The translations under genes and the position numbers were made by a program. Positions 1 through 16,884 of a DNA stretch of 64,000 nucleotides are shown here, one piece after another; the first letter of the stretch is position 1, and each line of letters opens with the position of its first letter. Source of the DNA: the human T2T-CHM13v2.0 reference genome, Homo sapiens; assembly GCF_009914755.1 (NCBI RefSeq), contig NC_060927.1; one strand, 5' to 3'. The notes beneath the pieces were generated by a model that saw nothing but the letters and a program-made list of their open reading frames with translations, had not been told where the DNA came from and ran no database searches.

Positions 1-673
<673 letters not shown>

Positions 674-1348
674 TAGCAACTTATCAAATTGTCTACAAAT
701 GAACACATGCTCTTAGAGTCTAGGTCCCAATCAATTGTAAGTCAACCAAAAGTTTCATTTCCCCAGGGTGTTAACTGGCCCTCAGGTGATTGTTAGGACA
801 GTGCTCAAGGAGACTCGGAGATAACTTTTAGTCATCATTTTGTCTAACTTTCAAGTTCTGGATAATTTTTCTTAATATGATTAACCATACTCCCGCAAAA
901 TAATAGCCAAACCTGCTTAGACCAAAGGGACAAGTGGCTCCTTCATGGCCAGTTAAACTGTTGCAGCTGATGGCACCACTGCTATCTAAGTTCTCTTTGT
1001 CCCCAGATTTCTCAGTAACCTGGAGAGGGGGTGTTGGTGATATCGCAGAACTATCTGCCAAACTACTATTTTGATGAATGAGTTATTTTTGCAGTTCCCT
1101 TTTTGGTGTCTTTCTGGAATAGAAAGAATCATTTATTAGGAATGTTTGGCTTTCCCAGAGGGGCTCTCAGAGTAAAAAGACTGATTTGTTTTCCTTTGGC
1201 AATTTTAAATTATGCTTTTTGGCCCATTAGTGACTTTACTTACAGAAAAACATCTGAGCAAAAGAAAGGAAACAGGCGGGATCTTAGATCACATGAATCC
1301 CTACACCAAAGTCCTGGGAGAGCACCTGCGCTGGCTCTGAAGGGCCTA

Positions 1349-1761
<413 letters not shown>

Positions 1762-1869
1762 TCACACCGGGCAGCAGGAGGCTGGACTTCTCCCATCAGT
1801 TTGCCACTTTCTTGCTGTGTGGCCTTAGTGTCAGAATCACACATTCTTTGGATTTCCTTATAATGGATC

Positions 1870-1956
1870 AAAAAAGAAAGAAAGAAGAAAGAAAGAAAGA
1901 GGAAAGAAAGAAAGAAAAGAAAGAAAGAGAAAGTGTGAGAGAGAGAGGAGGAGGAA
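1870..1956 (+). repeat. (GAAA)n / GA-rich microsatellite within a MIR-like fragment
   Basis: Direct inspection. Confidence 0.85.
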
Positions 1957-3022
1957 AATAATCAGTTCTGCTGCACTTGCCTCACTGGGTGGTTATAAGG
2001 ACCGATTCAATTCAGAATTTATTGAGTTGTTGTGTGCCCAGCACAGTGATGATTGGGGTAAAAGAGTGCTTGTGAAAGTGCTTTGCAAATCAAAAGAGAA
2101 GGTATTGACCCACACTATTGATCCCATTGAGATCAAAGACCCATGAAACCAAGCCTGCAGGCTGGCCTCATGGTGGCTGCAGCTACCAGGGGTGGGCATG
2201 GGGTGGGGTGGGGGGTGGAAGTCTTAATAGAGGGGTAGGGGGGGCAGTCCCTTAGGTGGAAGGTAGGGGAAAAGACTTAACCCAGGAATATAAAATAATC
2301 TTGCCACTGCTAGGACTGCAAACAAGCTCAGGGAACGCTGTGGGTGTCAGGCAGCCAACTAATTAGTGTTTTGTGAAAAGAAAGGAATCAAGAATGAAAT
2401 TGGCCCCTGCTGGTATCCTGAGAGCCAGTGAGCCAGCCCAGGGTCCACAGTGCAGACTGAATTCTCGTCTGTGGCAGAGTGCTTCTTTACTTTTCTCCTG
2501 CAGAGCCATGGATGTGGATTTTGGCTAAAAATATTTTTTCCCCTCAAATGACATAGCAACCACAAAAGAATTTTCTGAGTAGTCCCTCTCACATGCTGGG
2601 TTTCTCTCCCTGAATTCGAAGGAGCAGCTGGACCCCTCACAACCCCAGTCCCTAGACCCCAGTCCCTAGTCAGAGTGGTTTCTTGCATCTCCAGTCTGGA
2701 TCCTGGAGGGGTCAGATAGGAAAGTCCTGGGCAATGTGAAGAGGCTGGGAAAGGGCCTGAAATCATTTCACCAGCTGGTGCCAGGACTCCTCTTTCCAGA
2801 TGGAGGGAGCCCAGCACCTCTTCTCCCAGGGCTGGTTGTCAGCCCCTGAGGATGGGGGTATCAAGGCCTGGGGATACCAAGGTCTGAGTGTCGGGTAGAG
2901 GATGGGAGCCCCAGAATCACCTGGAGGTGGTGTGGAAGAGGCTTCCAGCAGTATTTTGTGAAAGGAAAATATTTGCAGTGTTTTGTGAAAGGAAAATAAA
3001 AACTTGGTACCCCAATTCACTA

Positions 3023-4502
<1,480 letters not shown>

Positions 4503-4919
4503 ACTATGGCAAAGGAAAAAAAATTAAGCTGAAAGCTGAGTTGTGGAAGAAGCTGCCTTTCCTTTCATTTCTAAGCAGACAGCTACAGATAAAATGTTAC
4601 AGAATTTCCACAGGTAGCTATTCTAAGTTCACCTTATCTTACGTAAAGTGCAGATTTACTGAACAAAAGATGAATATATAATTGACTATTCCCCTACCTG
4701 CTCCCTTTCTCACAACATGTGGATTCAGTAATATGACCATATCCTCCCTTTTTTTCCTCCAGCCTGCTTTCCTCCTTTAAATATCAAAGCCCTCAAAGTC
4801 ATCTTTGGAGAAAGGCACAGACCTGCCTCCTGAGCACTTGTCCTTAACCTCAGCAAAATAAAATTCTAAATTGATTCAGACCTGTCTCAGATACTTTTTG
4901 GTTTACAATTTCTTTTCCT

Positions 4920-5248
<329 letters not shown>

Positions 5249-5392
5249 TTTATAATTTCTACAGCACATCTTCTAATCCATTCTATCCATGAGCCTGTTA
5301 GGGAGACTCAGAAAACAATGGACTCAGTAGATGCTGGCAAGACTGAAATACTTTGTGGGGACATTTATTAACCACAGAATCTTGAGTCTTAA

Positions 5393-5713
<321 letters not shown>

Positions 5714-5720
5714 TAACAAG

Positions 5721-6022
5721 TTTTTTTTTTTTTTTTTGAGATGGAGTCTAGCTCTGTCACCCATGCTGGAGTGCAGTGGTGCGATCTCGGCTCACTGCAA
5801 CCTCCACTTCCCGGGTTCAAGCAATTATCTGCCTCAGCCTCCCGAGTACCTGGGATTACCGCCCGCCACCATGCCTGGCTAATTTTTTTTTTTTTTGTAT
5901 TTTTAGTAGAGACAGGGTTTTACCATCTTGGCCAGGCTGGTCTTGAATTTCTGATCTCGTGATCCACCCGCCTCAGCCTCCCAAAGTGCTGGGATTACAG
6001 GCATAAGCCACTGCACCCAGCA
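5721..6022 (-). mobile_element. AluS
   Basis: Full dimer. Confidence 0.92.
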
Positions 6023-6390
6023 GAGTTTTAACAAGTTTTTAAATGAGGTTTTAATTTTCATTTTATTTTAAAATTGGAGATACATTCTCAAGGTTCAAAT
6101 TCAAAAGTTACAAAAGGGTATACTGTGAGAAGTTTTCCAGCCCCACAGACTTCTTTGAAGTCACACACTATTCATAGTTTCTATTTAACAAGATTTTTTC
6201 AAACTTAAAAAATAAAATAAAAAGCTTCCCAAATTCTTAGAAGCTATTTAGAGATACTGACTTTGCTCCAACTTAACTCTACAGTGGAGAGGAAGTGATG
6301 AGTTCCTCTAAAGGAGTGGTGCTGTTCGTCCAGCCTGGTGTCATTGAGGAAGGTGTCCGTGGGGGAGGTGGGGGTGGAGTAGGGAGAAAA

Positions 6391-7007
6391 TGTTACTGGA
6401 AAACGGTCCCAATCCAGACCCCAAGAGAGGGTTCTTGGACCATGTGCAAGAAAGAATACGAGGTGAATCCATGAAATAAAGTGAAAGCATGTTTACTAAG
6501 AAAGTAAAAGAATAAAGAATGGCTACTCCATAGGCAGAGCAGCAGCGTGGGCTGTTCGATGGAGTATGCTTATAGTTATCTCTTCATCATATACTAAACA
6601 AGGGGTGGATTATTCATGACTTTTCCAGGAAGGGGCAGGCAATTCCCGGAACTGAGAGTTCCTCCCCTTTTTAGATCATATAGGGTAACTTCCTCATGTT
6701 GCCATGGCGTTAGTGAACTTAGTGCCAGTGGGAATGTCTTTTAGCAGCTAATGCATTATAATTAGAGTATAATGAGCAGTGAGGATGACCAGCGGTCACT
6801 TTCATCGTCATCTTGGTTTTGGCCGGCTTCTTTACCACATCCTGTTTTATCACAAGATCTTTGTGACCTGTTTCTTGTGCTGACTTCCTATCTCATCCTG
6901 TGACTAAGAATGCCTAACCTTTTGGGAATGCAGCCCAGTAGGTCTCAGCCTTATTTTACCCAGTCCCTATTCAAGATGGAGTCACTCTGGTTCAAACACC
7001 TCTGACA
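6391..7007 (-). mobile_element. MER41B/C-type solo LTR, complete
   Basis: tgttactggaaaacggtcccaatccagacccc...ggttcaaacacctctgaca; TSD aaaa. Confidence 0.9.
6623..6651. promoter_or_regulatory. Tandem GAS (STAT1) motifs TTCCAGGAA and TTCCCGGAA within MER41
   Basis: Both match TTCNNNGAA, with starts 20 bp apart, in the MER41B-specific segment; activity untested. Confidence 0.55.
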
Positions 7008-7691
7008 AAAAGACAGCACAGTTGTTATGGTTGCCTCCAGCCACCATACTGGGAACGCTGCATCCCTTCACTATACTCAGATACATGTCCAGCCCCAGCC
7101 CAAGTGATCTCTGGTCTGGCTGCCCTGGCCAGGAAGGCCCAAATGCCTAGGACTGCTCTGCTCTTTCCTGTTCCCTAGCTGCTGAGCCCACATGGCTCAC
7201 ACTGTGATACTGCTTCTCCCAGGAGCATCTAGGGCTGTGCAAATGCTGTAGGATTATATGCCAGCTTGCTGGAGTGGACTGCTAAGTGAGTTTAGAGATG
7301 ATGAGGAGGACAGCATATTTGAATTTGACACAACTATCTAGAGAACAGTCACCTCACAGGAAAAGACAGTCAGCTTGCTGAAGATGAAGAGACCAAGCCC
7401 CCGAAAGCAGACTGTTGGTGATGTTTTTTCCTCTTCAGTGCAGACTTAACTAATACTAGCTACTAAATTCATTGACATGTATAAAATCACCTCTCCTCAT
7501 CCTTGAAATGATCTTGTCAGGTAGGTGCTAGCATTCACATTCTATAGTTGAGGAAATTTTGGTCCAGAAAAGTTAGATTGCTTGTCTGATCACACAGCTA
7601 GTATTACAGCTGCATCTCAGCAATTCTGAGATCTTCTTTAGTCTGGGGACATCTGTTTCCTAAAAATGAGGGCAGGCTGGCCTTCATATAC

Positions 7692-8662
7692 TGGTGGGGC
7701 AAGAGGAACTGTCCTTCTACCCATTGAAAGTTAGAGAATTTGAGTCTGTAAAACAAACTGGCAATAGACAGATTAACAGCAGAAAGGTAAACAAATTTAT
7801 TAACATACAAGTGCACAGGAACCATGCAAGGTATAAAACCCAAAGAAGGGCCAGAGGGTTGAAGCTTAAATACCTCTTCACAGGGGAAAGGGAAGTGGAA
7901 GGTGTAGGCAATTTTAGACAAAGAGCAAACAATTTTTAGGGGAGATTAATAGGCCTGAAAACCATACAATAACCTGGAACGAAGTTCCTCTGGGCTCTGG
8001 GGGAGGTGGTGACAAGTTATGAGAAAGTAAAGGGTGGAACTGCCCTGTGAACAAAGGTTGTCTTATTATGCAGATATAGTCAGCCCTCCATATCCGCAGA
8101 GGATTGGCTCCAGGATCCCCTGCAGATACCAAAATCACTGGGTGCTCAAGTCCCTGATAAAAAATGGCATAGTACAGTTGGCCCTCTGTATCTGTGGGTT
8201 CTGCATCCTCGGATTCAACCAACTGTGGATGGAAAATATGTACAGTTGACCCTTTGTATCTGTGGTTTTGATCTATGGTTGTTGAATCTGTGAATGTGGA
8301 ATCTGTGGCTATGGAGAGCCCACTGTAAAATCTCTCAGGTAGCATCTCTCAGAATAGCAAAAAAAATCTGTCCAGTTGAGTGTGGTGGTGACCTTTAGCT
8401 TCTTCTCTAGTGATTAATCTTCTCTGGTTAATGAGATTTCAGACAGGAAATTGAAGGCAATTGTGTCTCTTTTGGAAGAACTTCCCTCAGTTAGGTGAGG
8501 GAACTTCAGAGAGAGCCCTCCCTGTGCTTGGGGGAAGACACAAGGGAAGATCATAGACTTTGATTCTGGGGCAACTTCTAAGGCTTTCCAATTTATTTTA
8601 ATTCTAAGTGCTCAGCATGCCAAAGCACCATGCTTTGGGGTATCATTTCCTGAGCCCCAACA
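7692..8662 (-). mobile_element. MER34/MER39-group ERV1 LTR
   Basis: Reverse complement begins tgttggggctcaggaaatgataccccaaagcatggtgctttggcatgctgag. Confidence 0.7.
8077..8325 (+). mobile_element. MER2B-like Tc1/mariner-Tigger element
   Basis: (c/t)agtcagccctccatatcc...atggagagcccactg terminal inverted repeats, TA target duplication. Confidence 0.8.
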
Positions 8663-10180
8663 ATACATACCCATGTACACAAACATCATGGGCCTCTCAC
8701 CCCACAAACTCCTTGACACAATGGTGGATGACTGTCTGATGCCCGTTTCTGTGGGTTTGCTTCTGGAACACTCTTAGATGAGGGGCCAAGCCACCCAGCA
8801 GCAGTGATGCCCTCAAAGGCCAGTCCCCTCCCCACTGGTTCTCTGTGGCTTCTCAAGGAGCAGCAAACTGGTGACTGTGACACAGCTGGACTAGGACTGA
8901 GCCTTAGCTCCCTCCTTTGTAAACTAGAGGCCTAAGGAAGGAACACTGAAATTTGTCATTTTGGATTGCTTAGTAACTATTCTCATTTCCTAATGGCATT
9001 CTGGCTTATTTGTGGGCATTTATACCTGTTTCCCACTGTGAGTGCTAAAGGGGTTGGATCACCCCTCTTTCCAGCCTGGCACAATCAGGGGTGGACCTTA
9101 TGAGCTAGACTCAGCCAACAAGACATCCTCTTGGGGGACTCGGGGTTTTGAGTGAGGGGGCTGAGGACAAGGCTCATTCATTACTGTGGCAGCAGGTTCA
9201 GTGGACAGTTCTTGTGTCAAAGTGTAAGTAAAAAAAGTCAAAAATACGACTCATACAAAATAGGATGAACATGAGCCACAGAGCTTATTTAATTCATTAA
9301 GCAATGAGGGAAACAGTAAGATGAAAAGCTGGTTCTGAGAGCATATGAAGAATTGGGAAAGGCACACCAAAATAAACATTTTAAGTTGTACACAAACCTG
9401 GTTAATGTTCTATAGGGTAATAAAGCCATAGGCTACTTTCTGTTCAGTTTATGACATTAATATAATCCCAAGAGTTAGAACTAGGATTCCTCATCCTCCT
9501 TCTACGGAGGTTGCCAGACCTAAGTGCTTTTGGTACTCTCTTTCTCTTTTGATGCTGATTATTCGGGAAGTCACATGTGGCTCTGGATACTATCTTTCTT
9601 TCAAGATGTCAGGGGCATCTAAAAACCTGCCTGGGAATTTTTCTGTGCTCATGGGTGGGTGTTACATGTCATGAGATCAAGAACCCAAAAGCAGAGGATG
9701 AGATTGCCATATAAGACCTCTCGGAACCCAAGGCTTCATAATTGGAACATAGCAACATTTGCTGCATTGTTTTCCCATGTCTCTAGGTGACTGGATACTT
9801 ATTATAGAATGCTGGTTGTTATGGTGATGAGAGATGGGGGAAACCAGGCCGATTGTACACTGTGAATGAAGGTTTAATCTATGTCATCCTTTGTCACAGG
9901 TCATCCTGTTGCCTGGGATGAAGTGTCACATAGTTTGAATCCACATTGCTTGCTGACTTCATGGGGTGAATGAACTTTTCCAAGATTCTGGAAGCCTATT
10001 GTAATTTGTGTTCTCTACATTTTCCTGAGGTCCCAGGGATGCCGTGACTACTAAGCTCTATGGTAGGAGTTGGGGCAGGAGGTGAGTAGAGGTGACCAAT
10101 GACTGGTGTGCCAAGGTCTTTCCCCCTCTGAGATTCCAGTCAATTCCAGGCATGGAGTTGTGGTTAAAAGAACCTCAGAT

Positions 10181-10395
10181 GACATAAGAACAATACAACG
10201 GACATTGGGGACTTGGAGGAAAGAGTGGAAAGGAGGCAAGGGATAAAAGACTACAAATATGGTGCAGTGTATACTGCTCAGGTGATGGGTGCACCAAAAT
10301 CTCACGAATCACCACTAAAGAACTTACTCATGTAACCAAATACCACCTATATCCCAATAACTCATGGAAAAATAAACTAAAATAATTTTAAAAAA
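10181..10395 (+). mobile_element. L1PB-type 3' end
   Basis: gggataaaagactacaaatatggtgcagtgtatactgctcaggtgatgggtgcaccaaaatctc. Confidence 0.85.
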
Positions 10396-10399
10396 GATT

Positions 10400-11600
10400 T
10401 AAATATAACCTCCTCAGAAAGGCCTTTCCTGACCACTCAAAGATAGCCACCCAGTTACTCTCTATATCATTCAGTTTTAATTCCTTAATTAGCTCATGCT
10501 GTTTATTTTGTAATTGTTTGTTCCCCACTCCAGATATAAAACACATCAGAGCAGGACCCTTATCTTGCTCATCGCTGTATCCCAGAGTGCTCGATAAATA
10601 TTTGTTGATTGAAGGACCGTCTTCCGATTCAGTGACAGAGAGGTGGGCCATGAGGGAAATAAGGAAAAAAGTAGAAACAGGAAATGAAGAAAATCAGAAA
10701 CAATTTAATACTCTATTGTGTGCAAAAATGAAGTAGAAAGAAGAGACAAGAAAATGTACATAAAGGGGTTAGAAGAAGGAGAGAGGAAAATAAATTACTG
10801 TTATGTTTTGGAAAAACTCTTAACTAGAGGGAAGGGAACTAACTTTATTGAGCTCCCTCTATGTAGGAAACCTAAATTACCAGATGATGTGGGGTTTTTG
10901 TTTGTTTGTTTGTTTGTTTGTTTTTTTGGACAGATTTTATTTCAACTTAGAGTCATCACCAAAATTACTTTCCTCATTTTCAACCTTTTCCTAGGAAGAA
11001 AAGAAAGTGAGCTATTTTATTCTATAGAAAGAAAAACAAATGCCTATTTGTTTTCATCAAGTGAAATTGTCAAGGATGACTGGCAGTGCCATTCACTGAG
11101 AAAGAGTACTAGAAGAAGTGTTTTGCAGGGAAATCATGAGTTTCATTTTTAACAGGTTAAAATTGAGATATTTTGAAATATTCAAGTAAAGGTGTTGACA
11201 AGATAATGGGATATATCACTCAGAGGAGAGGTCTGAGCTGGAGGTCTAAATCTTTGATGTATGGATGATAATTGAAGCCATAGGCATGGATGTGAGTGTC
11301 TAGAGAGAAAGAACAGCATATGAAAAAAATGGGGTTTCATGGATGTACCTTAAGGAGCTCCAGTATTTAAGGTTTAGGTGGTAGGAGACAAGCTTTTGAA
11401 GGAGACTCAGAAGGAATGGTCAGGAGAATATGGTTTTATGAAAACCAAGGGAATATACTGTTTCAAGGAGAATAATGGTCAGCAGAGTTGAATGCTGCTG
11501 AGACACCAAAGAAAATGAGAATTGAAAATGTTTATTCCCTTTAGTGACATTGAAGTCTTTGACCTCAGTGAAAGTAATTTTAGCAGAGTGGAGATGGAAT
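10400..11600. mobile_element. L2 fragments
   Basis: L2 3' end (gtgctcgataaatatttgttgattgaa) and antisense L2 body (ggagaggtctgagctggag). Confidence 0.55.
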
Positions 11601-12174
11601 CTGAGTCATTTTAACATCCACAGTACCTTTCCATAGAGTAGATATTTGATATGTTTTTTCATTTGCTTTACCATGAAATGTATAATTATGCAGAAGAATG
11701 TATAACGTATATGTAATATTTGAAGAACAAAATGAACAACATTTACCCATAACCTGTTAGGAAACAACTTTAGAAGACACCTGTGTGTCCCTCCCTGCTT
11801 GCATCTAGCTTCTTCGTCTGCCCAGGTGGACTGCTCTTACCGTTGCAGTAAGTGTTCCCTTGCTTCTCTTTTATAGTTTTACTGCCTATGAGTGATTCCC
11901 TAAACAATACACTGTTATTTTTAAAATATACTTTTTTAGTTTTAACTGGTTTTGAACTCTTTATAAATGGAATTATACTGTATTCATTCTGAAAATAAAA
12001 AGAACCTCAGATGAACCAAGGATAATAAAGTGCTGATAATTGTTGAGGCTGAGTGATGGATATATTAGTGTTCATTTTACTCTTTTCTCTACTTTAGTGT
12101 ATGTTAGAAGATTTCCATACTTGAATGTGAAACAATTTCTGAAAGATTGAAAAAAATTTTTCTAAATTGTTACT

Positions 12175-12474
12175 ATTTTTATTTTTATTTTATTTTTTTG
12201 AGACAGGGTCTCACTCTGTTGCCCAGGCTGGAGTTCAGTGATGTGATCTTGGCTCACTGCAACCTGGCTCCAGCCCAGGCCTCCCCTGGCCTCAGCCTCC
12301 CGAGTAGCTGGGACCACAGGCTGCACCACCACACCTGGCTTGTATTTTTTATAGAGATGGGATTTTGCCACGTTTCCCAGGCTGGTCTCGAACTCCTGGG
12401 CTCAAGCAATCCACCCATCTCAGTTTCCCAAAGTGCTGGGATTACAGACAGGCATGAGCCACTGTGCCCAGCTG
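12175..12474 (-). mobile_element. AluJ with internal deletions
   Basis: gagacagggtctcactctg...ctcctgggctcaagcaatcc. Confidence 0.88.
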
Positions 12475-12609
12475 GAAATTTTTTTTTTTTTTAGAAGAAA
12501 AGAAAAAGGAAAAAAAGGGCACTTTGAAGATCTTATAGGGTCATATTTAAGTGGTAAAACTTTGGAAAAGTGACTGATCTCAGGCAAATGGCAGGGTATT
12601 GTCCAGCCC

Positions 12610-13076
12610 CTTCCCTGCTTTATTTTTACTCCTTAGTACTTATTACCATGTAACAAACTATATATTTTATTTATTTATCTTACTTATTGTTGGTCTTCCA
12701 GCTGAATTACAAGCTTCATGAGGCAGGAACTGTTGGTATGTTTTGCTCATCCCCATCCCCAGGACTTGCAATAGTACCTGGCACATGGATAGGTTCAGGT
12801 TCATGAAACAAAAACCAATAGTGACATAAACAAGATAGAGGCTTTTTTTTTTTTTAAACATATATGCCATTCAATAGTGGAACCTAGGCCCCTATCTCTT
12901 CTCTTTCATCATCCTGACTGTGACTTCTACCATGAAAATTGCCTCATGATCTCATTATTGATGCCAGAGCTCCAGCTGTCACACACACATTCCAGGCAGG
13001 AAGAAGAGAGGTGGGGGCAAAAGGACACTTACTTTTCAGCTGAAGCTGCCTCCACTAAAAGTCTTCTTGTAGTCCA
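12610..13076 (+). repeat. Left arm of a ~467-bp inverted duplication (copy of 15157-15622)
   Basis: Reverse complement aligns end to end with about 20-22 differences; ORFs 12877+ and 15060- share MISLLMPELQLSHTHSRQEEERWGQKD. Confidence 0.97.
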
Positions 13077-13479
13077 ATATGGTTTCCAATCACCTGCACA
13101 GAGATGGTTTGAGTGCTTGGAGCAGCCCTCACTGTTTGGCTATGAGAGTTCCAGGTCTGCACTTGAGGCCATTATCTGCAACCCAGGACTTTGCTTTAGG
13201 CCAATGCCAGGAGACACTTACAGGTTGAATATGAAATTGATCCTCTGCTCTCTGAGAAGTGGTCCCTAATTTAGCATTTGCAGTTTTGGTGGGTGACACT
13301 GAGTCTCTGCAGAGGCACCAGGTGGCTCTGGATTTGGTGCAAGTAGCTTCAGCCCATGCCCGAGGAGTGCCTCGGATAGTTTCAGATGAGAAACGAGATC
13401 CTGGATGGGCACCCCCTGTAGGGTCCCCTTTCTGAAGAAAGTTGTCCAAGGATGGGAAGCTTGTTGGAAATGTCTGGAC

Positions 13480-13575
13480 TCCAGTCCAGAGATTCTGACT
13501 CTGTGTGGGGCCCAGGAATTTGCCTTTTATATAAGAAACCCAGGTAATTTGGACACAGGTTTGAGAAACGACACT
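13480..13575. mobile_element. MER5-like hAT fragment
   Basis: cagagattctgactctgtgtggggcccaggaatttgc...tttgagaaac. Confidence 0.6.
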
Positions 13576-13978
13576 GAGATACTCCAGGCCATGGAATGGG
13601 ATACCAGCTGGTTTAGGACAGAAAACATCTAGAAGCTGTTCTTTCCTACTGAAGCACAAACATTGCACTCAAGTAAGCCTTAAAGAGGCCTTGAGTCTCC
13701 ATGGACTCAGGCCCTGCTCAGTGTTGAGTAAAATAAAGGTTAACTCAGTAATCTGATGAAAGCTCTCATGTAGATAAACAGTTCTAATTAGCTTGTTCAT
13801 TGTCCAGTGAGCTCACTTGGGTCTCATTGGTGACCATGGCTCTTTTTGATCATCCATAGACTTTCAGTGACAGATTGTACTTTGGGGTACTTAATGCCTG
13901 TAAAATAATAAAACGAAACAAAATGAAATAGTACCATGTTACAATGCGACTCAAGATCATTTTATGATGTTATGATGA

Positions 13979-14354
<376 letters not shown>

Positions 14355-14694
14355 GAAAAAATTGTTAAATGCTGAATGACACTATCTTTTAGTGGAGACA
14401 TTGCACTAGTATATAAAAAACAGGACAAAACTATCAGAAACACACAGTGATATTTAGTGGTCTCTAATCAGCTTAGAAAAGTGAGATGTGGGGCAAATCT
14501 CTTTAGAAGCTCTTTAAGTTGATAAGGCAGGCAACTGAGGAAAAAAATCAGTTGTATGAAAACATGTTTGAATGAAGGGAGTTTAGACATCTAAGCAAAT
14601 ATGATTTTTGCATTATGCTGGAAACAAATGCTGCACGACTTGGAAGGATTTACAGTCACACTTAAATACAAACAAACAAACATAAGAAACAGGG

Positions 14695-15445
14695 ACTGAA
14701 GCAAAGATGCCAAGTTGCCTACCCGTATCCCTTCATTCCTTCTCTCATTCCCCTCTTGCAATCGACCTTGCCACAGTCTCCAATGTACCTAGCTAATTTT
14801 CCAGTTGTCCTTAAAGATAGAGATGAGGTGTAATTCAAAGTTACTGAGTGGGGCTTACAAGAAAGTTCTTTTTTTTTGAGACAGGATCTCATCTCACTCT
14901 GTCACCTAGGCTGGAGTGCAGTGGCACGGTCATGGCTCACTGCAGTCTCAACCTTCCTGGGCTCAGGTGATCCTCCCACCTCAGTGTCTGAGTAGCTGTG
15001 ACTACATGTGTGCACCATCATGCCCTCCTAATTTTTTAATTTTTTGTAGAGATGGGGTTTCACCATGTTGCCCAGGCTGGTCTTGAACTTCTGGGCTCTA
15101 GAGATTCATCCACTTTGGCTCCCAAAGTGCTGGTTACAGAAGTGAGCCAGTGTGCCTGGACTACAAGAAAACTTTTAATGGAGACAGCTTCAGTTGAAAA
15201 GTAGATGTCCTTTTGCCCCCACCTCTCTTCTTCCTGCCTGGAATGTGTGTGTGACAGCTGGAGCTCTGGCATCAATAATGAGATCACGAGGCAATTTTCA
15301 TGGTAGTTGTCACAGTCAGGATGGTGAAGGAGAAAGAGATAGGGGCCTAGGTTCCACTGTTGAGTGGCATATATGTTAAAAAAAAAATAGCCTCTATCTT
15401 GTTTAGGTCACTATTGGTTTTTGTTGCATGAACCTGAACCTATCC
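14695..15445 (+). mobile_element. MLT1J/K-like MaLR LTR, split by an AluJ (14869-15160, minus)
   Basis: cttcctgcctggaatgtg...gctggagctc and ctatcttgtttaggtcact...gaacctatcc; Alu TSD ttacaagaaa/ctacaagaaa. Confidence 0.65.
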
Positions 15446-15622
15446 ACGTGCCAGGTACTATTGCAAGTCCTGGGGATGGGGATGAGCAAAACATACCAGC
15501 AGTTCCTGCCTCATGAAGCTTGTAATTCAGCTGGAAGACCAACAATAAGTAAGATAAATAAATAAAATATATAGTTTGTTACATGGTAATAAATACTAAG
15601 GAGTAAAAATAAAGCAGGGAAG
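15157..15622 (-). repeat. Right (donor) arm of the inverted duplication
   Basis: See 12610-13076; the MLT1 and L2 both continue across its ends. Confidence 0.97.
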
Positions 15623-16780
15623 ATGGATATGAAGTGTGGAGGTCAGGGAAAGGCTTGACATTTTAGAGAGTGTCACCAGCGAAGCCATATGGGATTTCAC
15701 TGGAGAAATTAAGGTGACATTTGTGTAAAGACTTAGTAAGAGAGAGTCAGGGGGTATCTGGTGGACAAGCTGTTCTCTCCCGGCAGAGAGAACAGCAAAT
15801 GCAAAGGCTGTGAGGTCAGAGTGTTCGAGGATAGTCAAGGGCTTGGACTGGGTGAAGCAGGATGGTTGACAGAGTACCCGGCAGGAACTGTTGTTAAAGA
15901 GGCGATGGAGCCAGGACTAGCAAGGCCTTGTGGACCATAGGAAGAACTTTGGCTTCTGCTGTGAGTGAGATGTGGCCACAGGCAGGTTCTGGGCAGGGAA
16001 GTTGCAAGATCTGCTTTATATACAAAGAGAATCACTGTGCTACTGTCTTGAGATGAGGCTGAAGAGGGCGGAGGTGGAAGCACAGAGACTGATTTAGGTG
16101 GAAGCACAGAGCCTGCATCATCTAAGTGAGAGAGGATGTTGGTGTGAACCAAGTGAAAGTGGTGGAAGTAGGAAGAAGGGGGATTCGTCATGTCAGGGAG
16201 AACCGTTAAGGTCCCCTATGGACTGGATATAGGATGTGAGAGAGAGAGGAGTCAGAGAGAACTCTAAAGTTTTTGGAAGGACGGAGCTGCCATCAACTGA
16301 TTTGGAGCAAACTTGTTTCCTCTAGCCTCCCTACCAACCGGAGGAACAGGTTTGAGGGGAACAACAGAAGATCAGTTGTGTATATTTCAAATTAGAGATG
16401 ACCATTAGATACCAGCTGGAAATCTCGAGCAGAGATGGATACATGGTCAGAATTCAGGGCATAGGTCCACTTTGGGAGCCATTGGGACATGGATGGTATT
16501 TAACGTCATGGGACTGGAGAAAGTCACCAAATGAGTAAGTGTGGAGAGAAAAGAGAAGAATCTGGGCACTGAACCATGGGGCCCTCTGATGTTTAGAGAT
16601 TGGGAGAAAAGGGGGAGCCAGCCACGGAGACTGAGAAGGAGAAGCCAGAGGGGAAGGAGGACAACCAACAAATCTGAGGCCGTGGTGGCCAAGAGAAGGA
16701 AATGTCTCATGGAAGAGAGAGTGAGAGATGGTGTTAAATACTGTGTCAAGTAAAATAAGGACTGAAAATTAAATATGAGG
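15446..16780 (-). mobile_element. L2 LINE, diverged
   Basis: gtgccaggtactattgcaagtcctgggga...gaacagcaaatgcaaaggctgtgagg...gtcaagtaaaataaggactga. Confidence 0.75.
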
Positions 16781-16884
16781 ATTCAATAAAACTGTTCGTA
16801 TAAATATTTTAGAAGAGTTCTTGGTACATAGTAATCATTCAATACATGGAACACACACTACACACACACACACATTTGCTATAT

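Noticed and set aside
2189-2245. G-run clusters (also about 36447-36490 and 57083-57110) as G-quadruplexes
   Set aside because: The motifs exist but are common, with no promoter or CpG-island context here.
8980-10170. Possible old ERVL/ERV1 LTR pieces (also about 700-1370 and 45920-46165)
   Set aside because: They look repeat-derived, but I cannot assign a family or boundaries without RepeatMasker.
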